Made by a program: the position numbers and the translations under genes
Sequence record: phage_1
DNA length: 64,000 nt
Reading direction: 5' to 3' (one strand)
In this document: piece after piece, positions 34,795 through 43,653 of the stretch
Numbering within the stretch: the first letter of the stretch is position 1
Layout: every line of letters begins with the position of its first letter
Notes under the pieces: generated by a model
The model's input: the letters and a program-made list of their open reading frames with translations, nothing else
What the model was told of the DNA's origin: nothing
The model's database searches: none

Positions 34795-37539
34795 ATGGTA
34801 GAAATTCAAATGACTTACACGAGTATGGGGGTACGGGTTGAAGTCCCCATCCGCCAGGCTGAAAGGGCCATACTCGCGTGGGCCGAAGAGAATATGCACG
34901 CCCCAAAGATGGGCAAGCAACATGGACGAATAACCACGGAACGCGGCGATGCGTACTACGCCCACATTCCGTCTTTAAGGACATTCATTTTCCATAAAGT
35001 GTTCGCTGAGAAGATTAAACATATCCTCCAACGGGCAGCAATTGAATACGCTTTTCAGTACAAGCTTACAGAGCACCATCCTGAACGAGGAACACCTTAC
35101 AGCTGTACATTTGATAACTACGGTTTCTCGATGGTAGAAAGCGATCCGGAGTCGCGGTTCTATTATCAGAACGAGGTTGTGGATGCAGCATCCGATCCAA
35201 ACCGACCACAGACAATCTTTGCCATTCAGACAGGGAGAGGAAAATGCTGTGCTCATGGTACGCGTGTGCGTGTACCGGGTGGTTGGAAGAACATTGAGGA
35301 TATACAGCTAGGTGATTACGTTACGGGGCGTGACGGAAAACCAGCAATGGTCTCTGGAGTGTTCCCACAGGGTGTGGTTGACCTGTATCAGGTGACGTTT
35401 TGGGATGGTAGGAGTGTTGACGTATGTGGCGAGCACTTGTGGCAAAGCTACTACGTTAATACCACCGAGAATCGTCGCTGGGGTGTACGTGATACCCTAG
35501 AGATGAAACGTTTAATTTCGATGCCTAATCCACGGGTATACATCCCATTACCAGAACCAGAGGAAATGCCAGCTAAGGATTTTGTCATTCATCCGTATTT
35601 ACTCGGTATCCTCTTGGGTGATGGCTCCCTATCGATGCCTGGTGTTTTATACACCAAAGGCGATGTGGAGATTCGTGACCGTGTTGCTGAGGTCATGCCC
35701 GCTGGACATGCAATCCATGATTCATCGTACAGCGATGGGATAACGAAGTGCATCTCTTGTCCCGGCGGTGTTAACCTTGTCCGCAGAGAGCTTGAGCGGT
35801 TAGGGTTAATTGGCTGCAGGTCTTGGGAAAAGTTCATACCTGGAGATTACTTCGAAACGTCCATCGAACAACGGTGGGAGTTGTTGCGTGGCTTGATGGA
35901 TACTGACGGTACTGTGGATAAGGATGGTGGTACGCCTTCTTTCTGTTCCACCAGTAAAGAATTGGCTTTAGGTGTTCAGGAACTTGTGCGGTCTTTAGGA
36001 GGGATTGCAACACTACGCGAGAAACGTCCGTTCTTCACACACAACGGCGAACGTCGTGAAGGTCGTTTGGCTTATAACGTCTCCATCCGCCACAAAACAC
36101 CATCGAAACTGTTCCACCTTCCAAGGAAGAAAGAACTGTGTCGTGATAACGGACAATACACCGATATACTGAAACTCCGTGTTAAGTCTATCGAACCCAT
36201 TGGTCGTGATCTTGCCACGTGTATTCGTGTCGAGAACGACGATGCGTTGTTTGTGGTGGACAAGTGGATCGTTACGCACAACACCAAGACCTGTATGAAG
36301 TCGATGGTTAAACGGGGAACCCGTACCGCATTGATTCACCGTCCGTCATACGTTCCCAAATGGCTGTTTGACGTCTGTGATGATGAAACAGGACTTCGTA
36401 TACTTCGTGACGAGGTGTTAGTTTGTACAGGCGTACAGGCGATTTACGACGCACTGGAGATGGGTAAGTCGGGAGAGCTAGATAGACGCGGTATTAAGGT
36501 AATAATCCTCCCCACGGTCTCTCTACAGCGTTTCCTGAAGGAGTACATTAACACTGCTGCGACTAACCCTGTGGACCTGGATACGTTTTATGATGTTCTG
36601 GGTGTGGGTCTGGTGGCGATGGATGAGGTGCACGAGCATTTTCACCTCGTTTACATGGCTGGTATAATGTTGAACCCGCCGGCATCGATAGAGATGTCTG
36701 CAACTCTTAAACCGGGTAGCAGTAAAGCCTTTATCGCGGAGCGGTATTTAGAACGTTTCCCAATGGAGTACCGAATCAGTATTCCAATCATTCCGGTGGT
36801 TGACGTGAAAGCGTTGTACTATCGACTGGATGATAAGAAGTTCGCGTGGTGGGCGTCGAAGATGACGCCGTATAACCACAAACTCTTCGAAGGGAAGCTG
36901 ATTAAAGAGAACTTGCATTTAGAATACGCGAACATGATCTGGGATGTGGTTGAGAAATCGTTCCTTAAACGGTATCAACCCGGCCAGAAGTGTTTGCTGC
37001 TATTTGCCACGGTTGCAATGTGTGAGTTCTTTACCGAGTATGTGAAAGATAAGTTATCGCGTGACCCTGTATTCCATCCACTGATGGTGGCGAAATATAA
37101 TGCAGGCGATTCGTATGACGACTTTATCCAAGCAGACTTCTCTATCTCCACACCGGGGAAAGCGGGGACTGCGGTCGATAAACCTGGGTTGGTGCACATG
37201 TACATTTCAACCCCGGTAGAAGACCAGCAACTGAACGAACAGATGGCCGGTCGTCCACGTAAGATTCTCCACAACGAGTGGGGTGAAATAGACCCAACGG
37301 TGTGGTTATTCCATGCGTATAACGTACCGAAGCATTGCAATTACTTGAATGCCCGCCAGAAATCACTCAAGGATGTCGTATTGTCGTTCCGTATCGCGAC
37401 ATCCCCCTACGTTGTAAGGAAATCACATGCTCACTCCGCCGCGTCCAGCAGAGCCACTGCCGCCCTACATCGGAATGACTTTAGCAAGTTTTCTCGAAAA
37501 CATTCTAAAGGCGTATCCCGGCGTAGAAGACGTCGCTAA
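34795..37539 (+). CDS. SF2 (DEAD/DEAH-like) helicase with intein (phiKZ gp75-like)
   Basis: Walker A QTGRGK/T split by the intein; DEVH Walker B, SAT motif III and QMAGR motif VI. Confidence 0.88.
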   Translation: MVEIQMTYTSMGVRVEVPIRQAERAILAWAEENMHAPKMGKQHGRITTERGDAYYAHIPSLRTFIFHKVFAEKIKHILQRAAIEYAFQYKLTEHHPERGTPYSCTFDNYGFSMVESDPESRFYYQNEVVDAASDPNRPQTIFAIQTGRGKCCAHGTRVRVPGGWKNIEDIQLGDYVTGRDGKPAMVSGVFPQGVVDLYQVTFWDGRSVDVCGEHLWQSYYVNTTENRRWGVRDTLEMKRLISMPNPRVYIPLPEPEEMPAKDFVIHPYLLGILLGDGSLSMPGVLYTKGDVEIRDRVAEVMPAGHAIHDSSYSDGITKCISCPGGVNLVRRELERLGLIGCRSWEKFIPGDYFETSIEQRWELLRGLMDTDGTVDKDGGTPSFCSTSKELALGVQELVRSLGGIATLREKRPFFTHNGERREGRLAYNVSIRHKTPSKLFHLPRKKELCRDNGQYTDILKLRVKSIEPIGRDLATCIRVENDDALFVVDKWIVTHNTKTCMKSMVKRGTRTALIHRPSYVPKWLFDVCDDETGLRILRDEVLVCTGVQAIYDALEMGKSGELDRRGIKVIILPTVSLQRFLKEYINTAATNPVDLDTFYDVLGVGLVAMDEVHEHFHLVYMAGIMLNPPASIEMSATLKPGSSKAFIAERYLERFPMEYRISIPIIPVVDVKALYYRLDDKKFAWWASKMTPYNHKLFEGKLIKENLHLEYANMIWDVVEKSFLKRYQPGQKCLLLFATVAMCEFFTEYVKDKLSRDPVFHPLMVAKYNAGDSYDDFIQADFSISTPGKAGTAVDKPGLVHMYISTPVEDQQLNEQMAGRPRKILHNEWGEIDPTVWLFHAYNVPKHCNYLNARQKSLKDVVLSFRIATSPYVVRKSHAHSAASSRATAALHRNDFSKFSRKHSKGVSRRRRRR
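35245..36282 (+). mobile_element. Intein (346 aa) with LAGLIDADG homing endonuclease
   Basis: Starts CCAHGTRV..IEDIQLGD, block B CGEH, motifs YLLGILLGDG and LLRGLMDTDG, ends IVTHN followed by Thr(+1). Confidence 0.93.
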
Positions 37540-37810
37540 GAAACTCTGCACCGACGCCACTATCAACCAGGCGTTTCATTACTACATGGTCACTGAACAT
37601 TACAGCGGCCTGTTCCTTAACCAACGCGGGTTGACGTATTACGTCACCCGCACGTCAAGTATCCGTAACACTTCGTCGTACGAGTTATATACGTACGTGT
37701 TGTGGAATGAGAACCCGGCCGGTAGTGTCGATCAGAATCCAAAGATGGCTTATCGTCTTTACTCTGAAAAATGGCACGATTGGGTGACTGTTCCACACGA
37801 TGCAAGTTAA
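37427..37810 (+). CDS. Hypothetical protein overlapping the helicase 3' end
   Basis: AAGGA SD; 113-nt overlap. Confidence 0.7.
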   Translation: MLTPPRPAEPLPPYIGMTLASFLENILKAYPGVEDVAKKLCTDATINQAFHYYMVTEHYSGLFLNQRGLTYYVTRTSSIRNTSSYELYTYVLWNENPAGSVDQNPKMAYRLYSEKWHDWVTVPHDAS

Positions 37811-37870
37811 TCACGTTTTGGGTGTATATTGTTTATACCCCCAACCCCTAATTGCAAAAGGATTATTACG

Positions 37871-38491
37871 ATGAGTCGTCGCAAAAAGAAACCCGCTTAT
37901 AACCCACGTAAAGACGCACGCGATTTCGTCAAGGCGATGATGCAGTCTGTGTTGAAAAAACAAGCTGTGTTTATCGAAAGTACCGAATTCCTGTCAGGCA
38001 AAATTGATCGGGAGCGTGAAGTAACTGAAGCCATTGCGCACGAAGAGCTGAAAGCTTTCACGTTGAAAGCGCTGGATGAAGCACAAGCGGCATTCCTCGG
38101 CATGTGCCAACAAGGCAAAGAGCTGTTCGGTAAACTGATTGTTGAGGCAGATGCTAAGGCTGTGCCGGTGTTTGACATGCTGAACGATAACAGCAAAACC
38201 TGGAAAGAGGTTAAAGACCAGTTCCACGTCGACCACACCGAGCTGTCTTTGATTGACCAGCGGGCGAATATGCTCGCGATGGATATCCAGGGCACCAGTA
38301 TCGAAATCTTCTCTACGTATAACGCGAAAGTGAAGTTCGTGAAGCAGGCGCTGAATAACGGGCATACCGTGGAACAAGCCGAAGTTCTGTTGGCCGAAGC
38401 TCTGGCTAATAATTCGAAAGAACTCCCTAAAAACGCCATCGTCGATCACAACGACGTTGTAGTAGAAACCGAGGAAGCGGCACATGTCTGA
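37871..38491 (+). CDS. Hypothetical protein
   Basis: AAGGA SD; basic N-terminus MSRRKKK. Confidence 0.8.
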   Translation: MSRRKKKPAYNPRKDARDFVKAMMQSVLKKQAVFIESTEFLSGKIDREREVTEAIAHEELKAFTLKALDEAQAAFLGMCQQGKELFGKLIVEADAKAVPVFDMLNDNSKTWKEVKDQFHVDHTELSLIDQRANMLAMDIQGTSIEIFSTYNAKVKFVKQALNNGHTVEQAEVLLAEALANNSKELPKNAIVDHNDVVVETEEAAHV

Positions 38492-40454
38492 GATCCAAGA
38501 TCAGCGTCCGGGTAATGCCCGTCNCCCTAATCCCGATCAGCCAGCCCCTGTGGCGGCTGCTACCCAACAAGAGATGATTCTTCCGACCGTGCCTGATGAC
38601 GCGAATCCGGATGCAATCATCATGNCTATTAAACANNNNNACCCCNATTTTNNTTTTGCCCGTGCAGAAGAAGTTTATCACCAACATTATCATCAGCCGG
38701 AGCCTAAGCTCGAGCGTCCGACGTTTGTAGAAGAAGCTTTGCCCGAACCTGCTGCACCGGTACAGCCTGTATCCCAGACCTTCTCTGAACAGGTGCATGA
38801 GCATATTCATCACACCCCAGAACCGGNGGNAGAGAAANCGCCNGNGGNANAACCNNCNCCCCNNCNAAAAACNCCGGNNGGGGGNGNCCCNNNNAACCCG
38901 GGGNNAAAAAAAAAGNAAAACNCNNCNCCNAAGGTTCCGGAANAANAACAGGNCCNNGNGANTNACTTNGGTAANACCCATTTAGCTGAAACCGCCGAAA
39001 TGGGTGAAGATGAAGCTGATCGTATCCTGACACAGTCGAAGATGTTGATTGGTCTGAAACAAGACCCTAACATCATTGCAGACTCTCTGCAAAAGTTCCT
39101 CGGTAACATTAAACGTTCACCGAAAGACGGTCGGCTGCTGTTCGAAAGCCCTGAACAACAACAGGTTTACGACGACATCTATCGTGCTTTGAACATGACA
39201 CCGCCACGTCTACAGGACGGCGTACCGGCATTCGCTGGTGCACTGGACCGTGGTGACACCGCTTGGGAACAGCGTGTGATGTTGCCGGACGGTAAGGCAT
39301 CTGGTGCTATTGCACCGCGTGACAATATGCACACTGGCGCGCTGGCTGCTTTGCGTCGTGTACGTAAGTCGGGTATTCCGAACATGGTTTGGCTGCCGGC
39401 CACAGGTATCTACGTGNGCTTCCNCGCACCACATGAACGCGACCTTTGTGACTTCGACATGCGTCTAACACTGGAAACTGCGACCATCGGTATGCAGACC
39501 TACGGATTGATGCTGTCGTCGTCTTCTGGCGTGTACATGCGTCACATGGTTGAATTCGCACTTCAGTTTGTTACCGAAGCAACCATCGATTGTGCAGGTA
39601 ACGATCTGCGTACGGTGCTGTTGGATACCATTGATCTGGCTGACTACTGGCTGGTTATTCTGGGTCCGTTGCAGGCGAAGTGGCCGTCTGGTATTCCATG
39701 GACGCTGATGTGTGGCGAAGACGGTTGCACTCAGCAGGAAGATGTGAAGCTGAATATCGCACGTTGTATCCGTTTTGGTTCCGGTCTGTTTAGCGACCTG
39801 CAGAAANAACNGTGGGNACGTCAGCGCGGTACTGAGCGTCCAGTGATTTCTATTGCTGAACAGCGCGAATATATCGCGGCGCATCAGGTTGACCCATCCT
39901 CGGTATTTGAATACCACGACGTGCGTGTTGAATTTGGCCGTTCTACCCTGGGTAGCTTCTTTGACTCCACCGAGAAGTGGATTGAAGACGTTAACGCGTC
40001 AACTACGGCAGCGCTGTCTGAATTTGCTACCGAGCGTGAACGTGAATCCCATATGCGTTTAACTGCGGAAGCCCGTCGCTTAACGCGCTACGCTCACATG
40101 GTGAAATCTATCACTGTTAATGAGCAACGTGAAGTAAACGGTGAAATGCAGGTTATCCCACAAACTGAAACCGACACAGCGAAAATCGTTGAGATGCTGG
40201 AAGAGCTGTCTTCCGACCGTATCTACGTTGGTCAGTTTGAAAACGCGATTGCTGAATACAACGAACGTACACGTTTAGCGGTATTCGGTTACATGGGTAA
40301 ACGCTGCCCGGCGTGCGGTAAAACACACGGCGAGAAAGACGGTCTGTATCGCGGTATTGTTACCATCTCACCGGACAGGGTTTTTTTCGTGCTCTCTCGA
40401 GTGGTGTCCGAGATTCAGAAATTCTTGCTGGATCAATACGCCGATATTGGCTAG
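38484..40454 (+). CDS. Conserved protein with CxxC-type Zn motifs; putative tail/baseplate assembly chaperone
   Basis: GAGG SD; CGEDGC and CPAC; slippery T TTT TTC near the 3' end. The N-terminal part is N-rich. Confidence 0.65.
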   Translation: MSEIQDQRPGNARXPNPDQPAPVAAATQQEMILPTVPDDANPDAIIMXIKXXXPXFXFARAEEVYHQHYHQPEPKLERPTFVEEALPEPAAPVQPVSQTFSEQVHEHIHHTPEPXXEKXXXXXXXPXXKXPXGXXXXNPGXKKKXNXXXKVPEXXQXXXXXXGXTHLAETAEMGEDEADRILTQSKMLIGLKQDPNIIADSLQKFLGNIKRSPKDGRLLFESPEQQQVYDDIYRALNMTPPRLQDGVPAFAGALDRGDTAWEQRVMLPDGKASGAIAPRDNMHTGALAALRRVRKSGIPNMVWLPATGIYVXFXAPHERDLCDFDMRLTLETATIGMQTYGLMLSSSSGVYMRHMVEFALQFVTEATIDCAGNDLRTVLLDTIDLADYWLVILGPLQAKWPSGIPWTLMCGEDGCTQQEDVKLNIARCIRFGSGLFSDLQKXXWXRQRGTERPVISIAEQREYIAAHQVDPSSVFEYHDVRVEFGRSTLGSFFDSTEKWIEDVNASTTAALSEFATERERESHMRLTAEARRLTRYAHMVKSITVNEQREVNGEMQVIPQTETDTAKIVEMLEELSSDRIYVGQFENAIAEYNERTRLAVFGYMGKRCPACGKTHGEKDGLYRGIVTISPDRVFFVLSRVVSEIQKFLLDQYADIG

Positions 40455-40870
40455 ACCAGGAAGACGTTCCGTCCGAGCAAATCATTACAACGCTCAAGAT
40501 GGATACCACCTCTCTCTTCAAGCAGCGTAGCACACGTCCTATTACGTATCAGGAAGCCCATAACGAGCTTCTGGAAGCGTATGACCGTACACTGGCTCTT
40601 AATACCGGCGACCATCAGGTAGGGTTGTCAGATTTTGAAAACCCGGTATACGGTAGTCTTTACGATATCTGGTACGCCACTTACTTACGTGAAGAGGTCG
40701 GTGAAAACTACCGGATGTCGATAGACGAGTTCCTCGACCGTCCCCNCTGGCAGATACTNCTNATGCNCGACAATGCCCGTCGCCCCAATGNGTTTTTCCC
40801 CAAANCCGGGGAATACGCGGCGGGTAAACGCGGGCAAAAGGAGCCGGATAAATATATGACGGGATATTAA
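40388..40870 (+). CDS. -1 frame extension ORF (annotated start 40499); putative frameshift product
   Basis: Open from 40322 in the -1 frame of ORF 38484; ATG 40499 has no SD. Confidence 0.6.
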   Translation, partial: RALSSGVRDSEILAGSIRRYWLDQEDVPSEQIITTLKMDTTSLFKQRSTRPITYQEAHNELLEAYDRTLALNTGDHQVGLSDFENPVYGSLYDIWYATYLREEVGENYRMSIDEFLDRPXWQIXXMXDNARRPNXFFPKXGEYAAGKRGQKEPDKYMTGY

Positions 40871-40950
40871 AANAAATTNGGGGNTTCGGCCCCGTTTTCT
40901 TTTTTTTATTCGCCTTGGTATGAATGCCCTTTTCACTATGGAACAGAGCC

Positions 40951-41808
40951 ATGATTGATATTTATACCGACTATGCGGCTGTATTGACAGTCAACCGTCA
41001 CGAAGGTCGTGCAGCACCGATGCTAGATTTAGTGACGCTCGGTATGGATTACGGTTACGATGTGGCGTTATCCGATGTTTATAGCAACCCGTTGTCTGAC
41101 CCTGCGGACGAAACTGTTCGTCTGGAATCCATTATCGTGAAGGTAGCGGTTGGGTTAGGCAACCGCCTCGGTATCGGACTTAATCCACAAATCGTCTTCC
41201 AGAAACCGAAAGAAACCGTACGTATCCTTCACGGTGTGTTGGAAGCCTTCGAAGAGTTCGAAGACAGTGATGCCCTTTACGGGATTGTCTCCTCTGGTGA
41301 GACACCAGAGTATATCCTGGAGAACATGTGTCGTTATGTTTACGGTGACGAAAACCTGCACTTCGAAGACCTGATTACTGTTGTCAGCCCACGCGTGCTT
41401 ACCGTGATGGAAAACTTCTTAGCGGCAGAGTCGTTGGAAAGCCAGAAAAGAAATGGCGATGATGAGCGCCAAGAGCGTATCGTCACTTACTTGCGGTTGT
41501 TCCCTGAGAACCCGTCAGCGTTTGTCTTTATGAATCTGCCTGCTGAACCAGACTTAACAGTGGTGCAACAATCGTTAGAATTTCGCGTAGAAGACATTAG
41601 CGAAATTGATTTGCTGACGATGTATGCGGTAGGTTTATCGATTATTCCTCATGCGGAGTTTGACGGGGCTTACGGTGACTTAGAAAAGAACCTTGCCTTG
41701 TTGAACGTCGACAACGTCCCGCCTGGAGAAATCTTGCGGAAAGGATTGGAAGCGTTGAAAGTCATATACGCTAGTGGGGTCGCGGAGGTAGATGATGAAC
41801 AAGATTGA
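40951..41808 (+). CDS. Conserved hypothetical, probably virion protein
   Basis: Long ORF after a terminator; TATG upstream. Confidence 0.7.
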   Translation: MIDIYTDYAAVLTVNRHEGRAAPMLDLVTLGMDYGYDVALSDVYSNPLSDPADETVRLESIIVKVAVGLGNRLGIGLNPQIVFQKPKETVRILHGVLEAFEEFEDSDALYGIVSSGETPEYILENMCRYVYGDENLHFEDLITVVSPRVLTVMENFLAAESLESQKRNGDDERQERIVTYLRLFPENPSAFVFMNLPAEPDLTVVQQSLEFRVEDISEIDLLTMYAVGLSIIPHAEFDGAYGDLEKNLALLNVDNVPPGEILRKGLEALKVIYASGVAEVDDEQD

Positions 41809-43090
41809 TTATCTGGTTGCTGCGTGTAAAGCAGAAGCTTGGCGTAGACTGGTGTGGCGTATTGCGGTTTTCAACGTGGCCATCTTTAATGAAAAAGGTG
41901 AGCCACCTGAGCAATACGACCTGAACTACATTGACGGCTTACCCCACTACTGGGAAAACGAAGAAACCAAGTGGGTGCCGATTGAAGGGTGCAAAAAAGA
42001 TGAAGAGCTGTTCGTGCCGGAAGAGCAGTTTGAATTGCGTCCTGAGATGTACCCAGGTTTAGCTGGTCCCATTCCAACTACTGTGGGTCGCTATGTCTTT
42101 AACTGGATTGCTATCTACTATGCTTTCGGTACCCGTCTCCCGTATCTGGCAGAGTCTCGTGACCCGCTAGCCTACCGTAAAGAGATGTATGAGCGTTGTG
42201 TGGAATATGATGACACCGATCCAGACAACGAAGACGCGATTCGACCGTACATGATAGGACGCTTTGTAGGGGGTCTGCACGAGCTTGCTCCGTTGTGTCG
42301 TGGGATTGCCCCAACAGGAACTATTAGAAGCCTTACAACGCATCCTGACGCGTATAAGGTACGAGATGCGTTGCTGTTGAAGCACAAAGACGAACTGGAT
42401 AACCCTGCGGTTATCGTTATGATTGAAAAAGCTCTCGACGAACTTGATAAAGAGTGGTTGAGTGGCGACCAGTCCGTTGAGTTCTACAGCTCTCCTAAAG
42501 CGCGTATGCGTCGCCGTAAGCTGATGCTGATGTACGGTATTCAGACCGCTTTTAAAGAAGGTGCAGATTTTACCTTAATCCCAACGAGCCTGATGGAAGT
42601 TGATCAGACCGGGATGAAGTATCTGGTAGAGAAATTCAATGATACGCGAGAAGGTTCCTTCATGCGTGGTGCAGAAACTGCCAAGGGCGGGGAGCAAGTA
42701 CGTATCATCCAGATGATTTTCCAGAACCACAAAATCGTGCCTGGGGATTGCGGGACAAAACTGACACATGCACTTGTAATTAACCAGTATAACTACAAGC
42801 GTTATGTTGGCATGAACGCGATGATTAACGGTAAAGTTACCCAACTTACTGAAGAGTATTTGAAAACGCAATTTGGTAAAGTTGTTCGACTCCGCCGACC
42901 CATCTTATGTCAGCAAGGTCACGTAGACTGTTGNGCGGCGTGCGCCTCTGCACACAAAGCAGAAGAGCCACGGGCAATCGCTGCGGATATCTCTTCCGGC
43001 TTCTCGAACGTTATGACCACTGCAATGGGTGCGATGCACGGTCGCGAAACCGTGGTTAAAGAGTACATCCCTAAATTCCACATCACCTAA
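41795..43090 (+). CDS. Virion RNAP beta-prime middle subunit (phiKZ gp80-like)
   Basis: GAETAKGG, DCGT, RRPILC..DC.AC (Zn) and AMHG. Confidence 0.8.
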   Translation: MNKIDYLVAACKAEAWRRLVWRIAVFNVAIFNEKGEPPEQYDLNYIDGLPHYWENEETKWVPIEGCKKDEELFVPEEQFELRPEMYPGLAGPIPTTVGRYVFNWIAIYYAFGTRLPYLAESRDPLAYRKEMYERCVEYDDTDPDNEDAIRPYMIGRFVGGLHELAPLCRGIAPTGTIRSLTTHPDAYKVRDALLLKHKDELDNPAVIVMIEKALDELDKEWLSGDQSVEFYSSPKARMRRRKLMLMYGIQTAFKEGADFTLIPTSLMEVDQTGMKYLVEKFNDTREGSFMRGAETAKGGEQVRIIQMIFQNHKIVPGDCGTKLTHALVINQYNYKRYVGMNAMINGKVTQLTEEYLKTQFGKVVRLRRPILCQQGHVDCXAACASAHKAEEPRAIAADISSGFSNVMTTAMGAMHGRETVVKEYIPKFHIT

Positions 43091-43103
43091 GGATTGTTTC
43101 CTC

Positions 43104-43604
43104 ATGACTAAGAAAGACACTACTACCCTTGACCCGCGTACAGAAGGCGTGGTCCGTGATAGCGCTTCTTACAGCAACGACGACCAATATCATGTTAAAC
43201 TGATCACCACAATGCTTGATGAAGCAGGTAACAATGCCGGCCCACGTAAAGCATCTGGTACCCAGGCTGAGAAAGATGCGTATAATAAGCTGCATCACTC
43301 TTTCCGTGAGCTGTTTAAACTGCGCGGTCAGGCCTTCCTGGACGGTTTCTACGCCTTTGTAGAAGCGGCTAATAAGCACCGTAACGGTATTTTCTACGCA
43401 CCGGCTGCTAATAACCGTATCAGTGAGAACTTCCCGAATCGTGACGAGCGTGAAGTCTTCGTTATCTTTATTAACATGCTGATTCGTTACGCACGTTGCG
43501 CCGATAAAGGCCGTTTCCGTGATACCAACGATGTTGACCGTCTGGCTCGTCGCCTGAACGACCCGGACCTGCGTTCGCTGGTTATGCACGCCTTTGGCGG
43601 TTAA
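43104..43604 (+). CDS. Hypothetical, probably virion protein
   Basis: AAGGA SD before ATG 43104. Confidence 0.75.
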   Translation: MTKKDTTTLDPRTEGVVRDSASYSNDDQYHVKLITTMLDEAGNNAGPRKASGTQAEKDAYNKLHHSFRELFKLRGQAFLDGFYAFVEAANKHRNGIFYAPAANNRISENFPNRDEREVFVIFINMLIRYARCADKGRFRDTNDVDRLARRLNDPDLRSLVMHAFGG

Positions 43605-43650
43605 ATAAAAGTACCTCTCTACCCTAGGGTAGAGAGGCCTTTCTTTTTTT
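43605..43650. terminator. Bidirectional terminator
   Basis: CCTCTCTACCC-TA-GGGTAGAGAGG with flanking A/T runs. Confidence 0.8.
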
Positions 43651-43653
43651 GTT

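Noticed and set aside
38820-38985. Low-complexity G/C/A runs here and at 45515-45660
   Set aside because: Dominated by Ns (poor base calls); no biological inference is possible.
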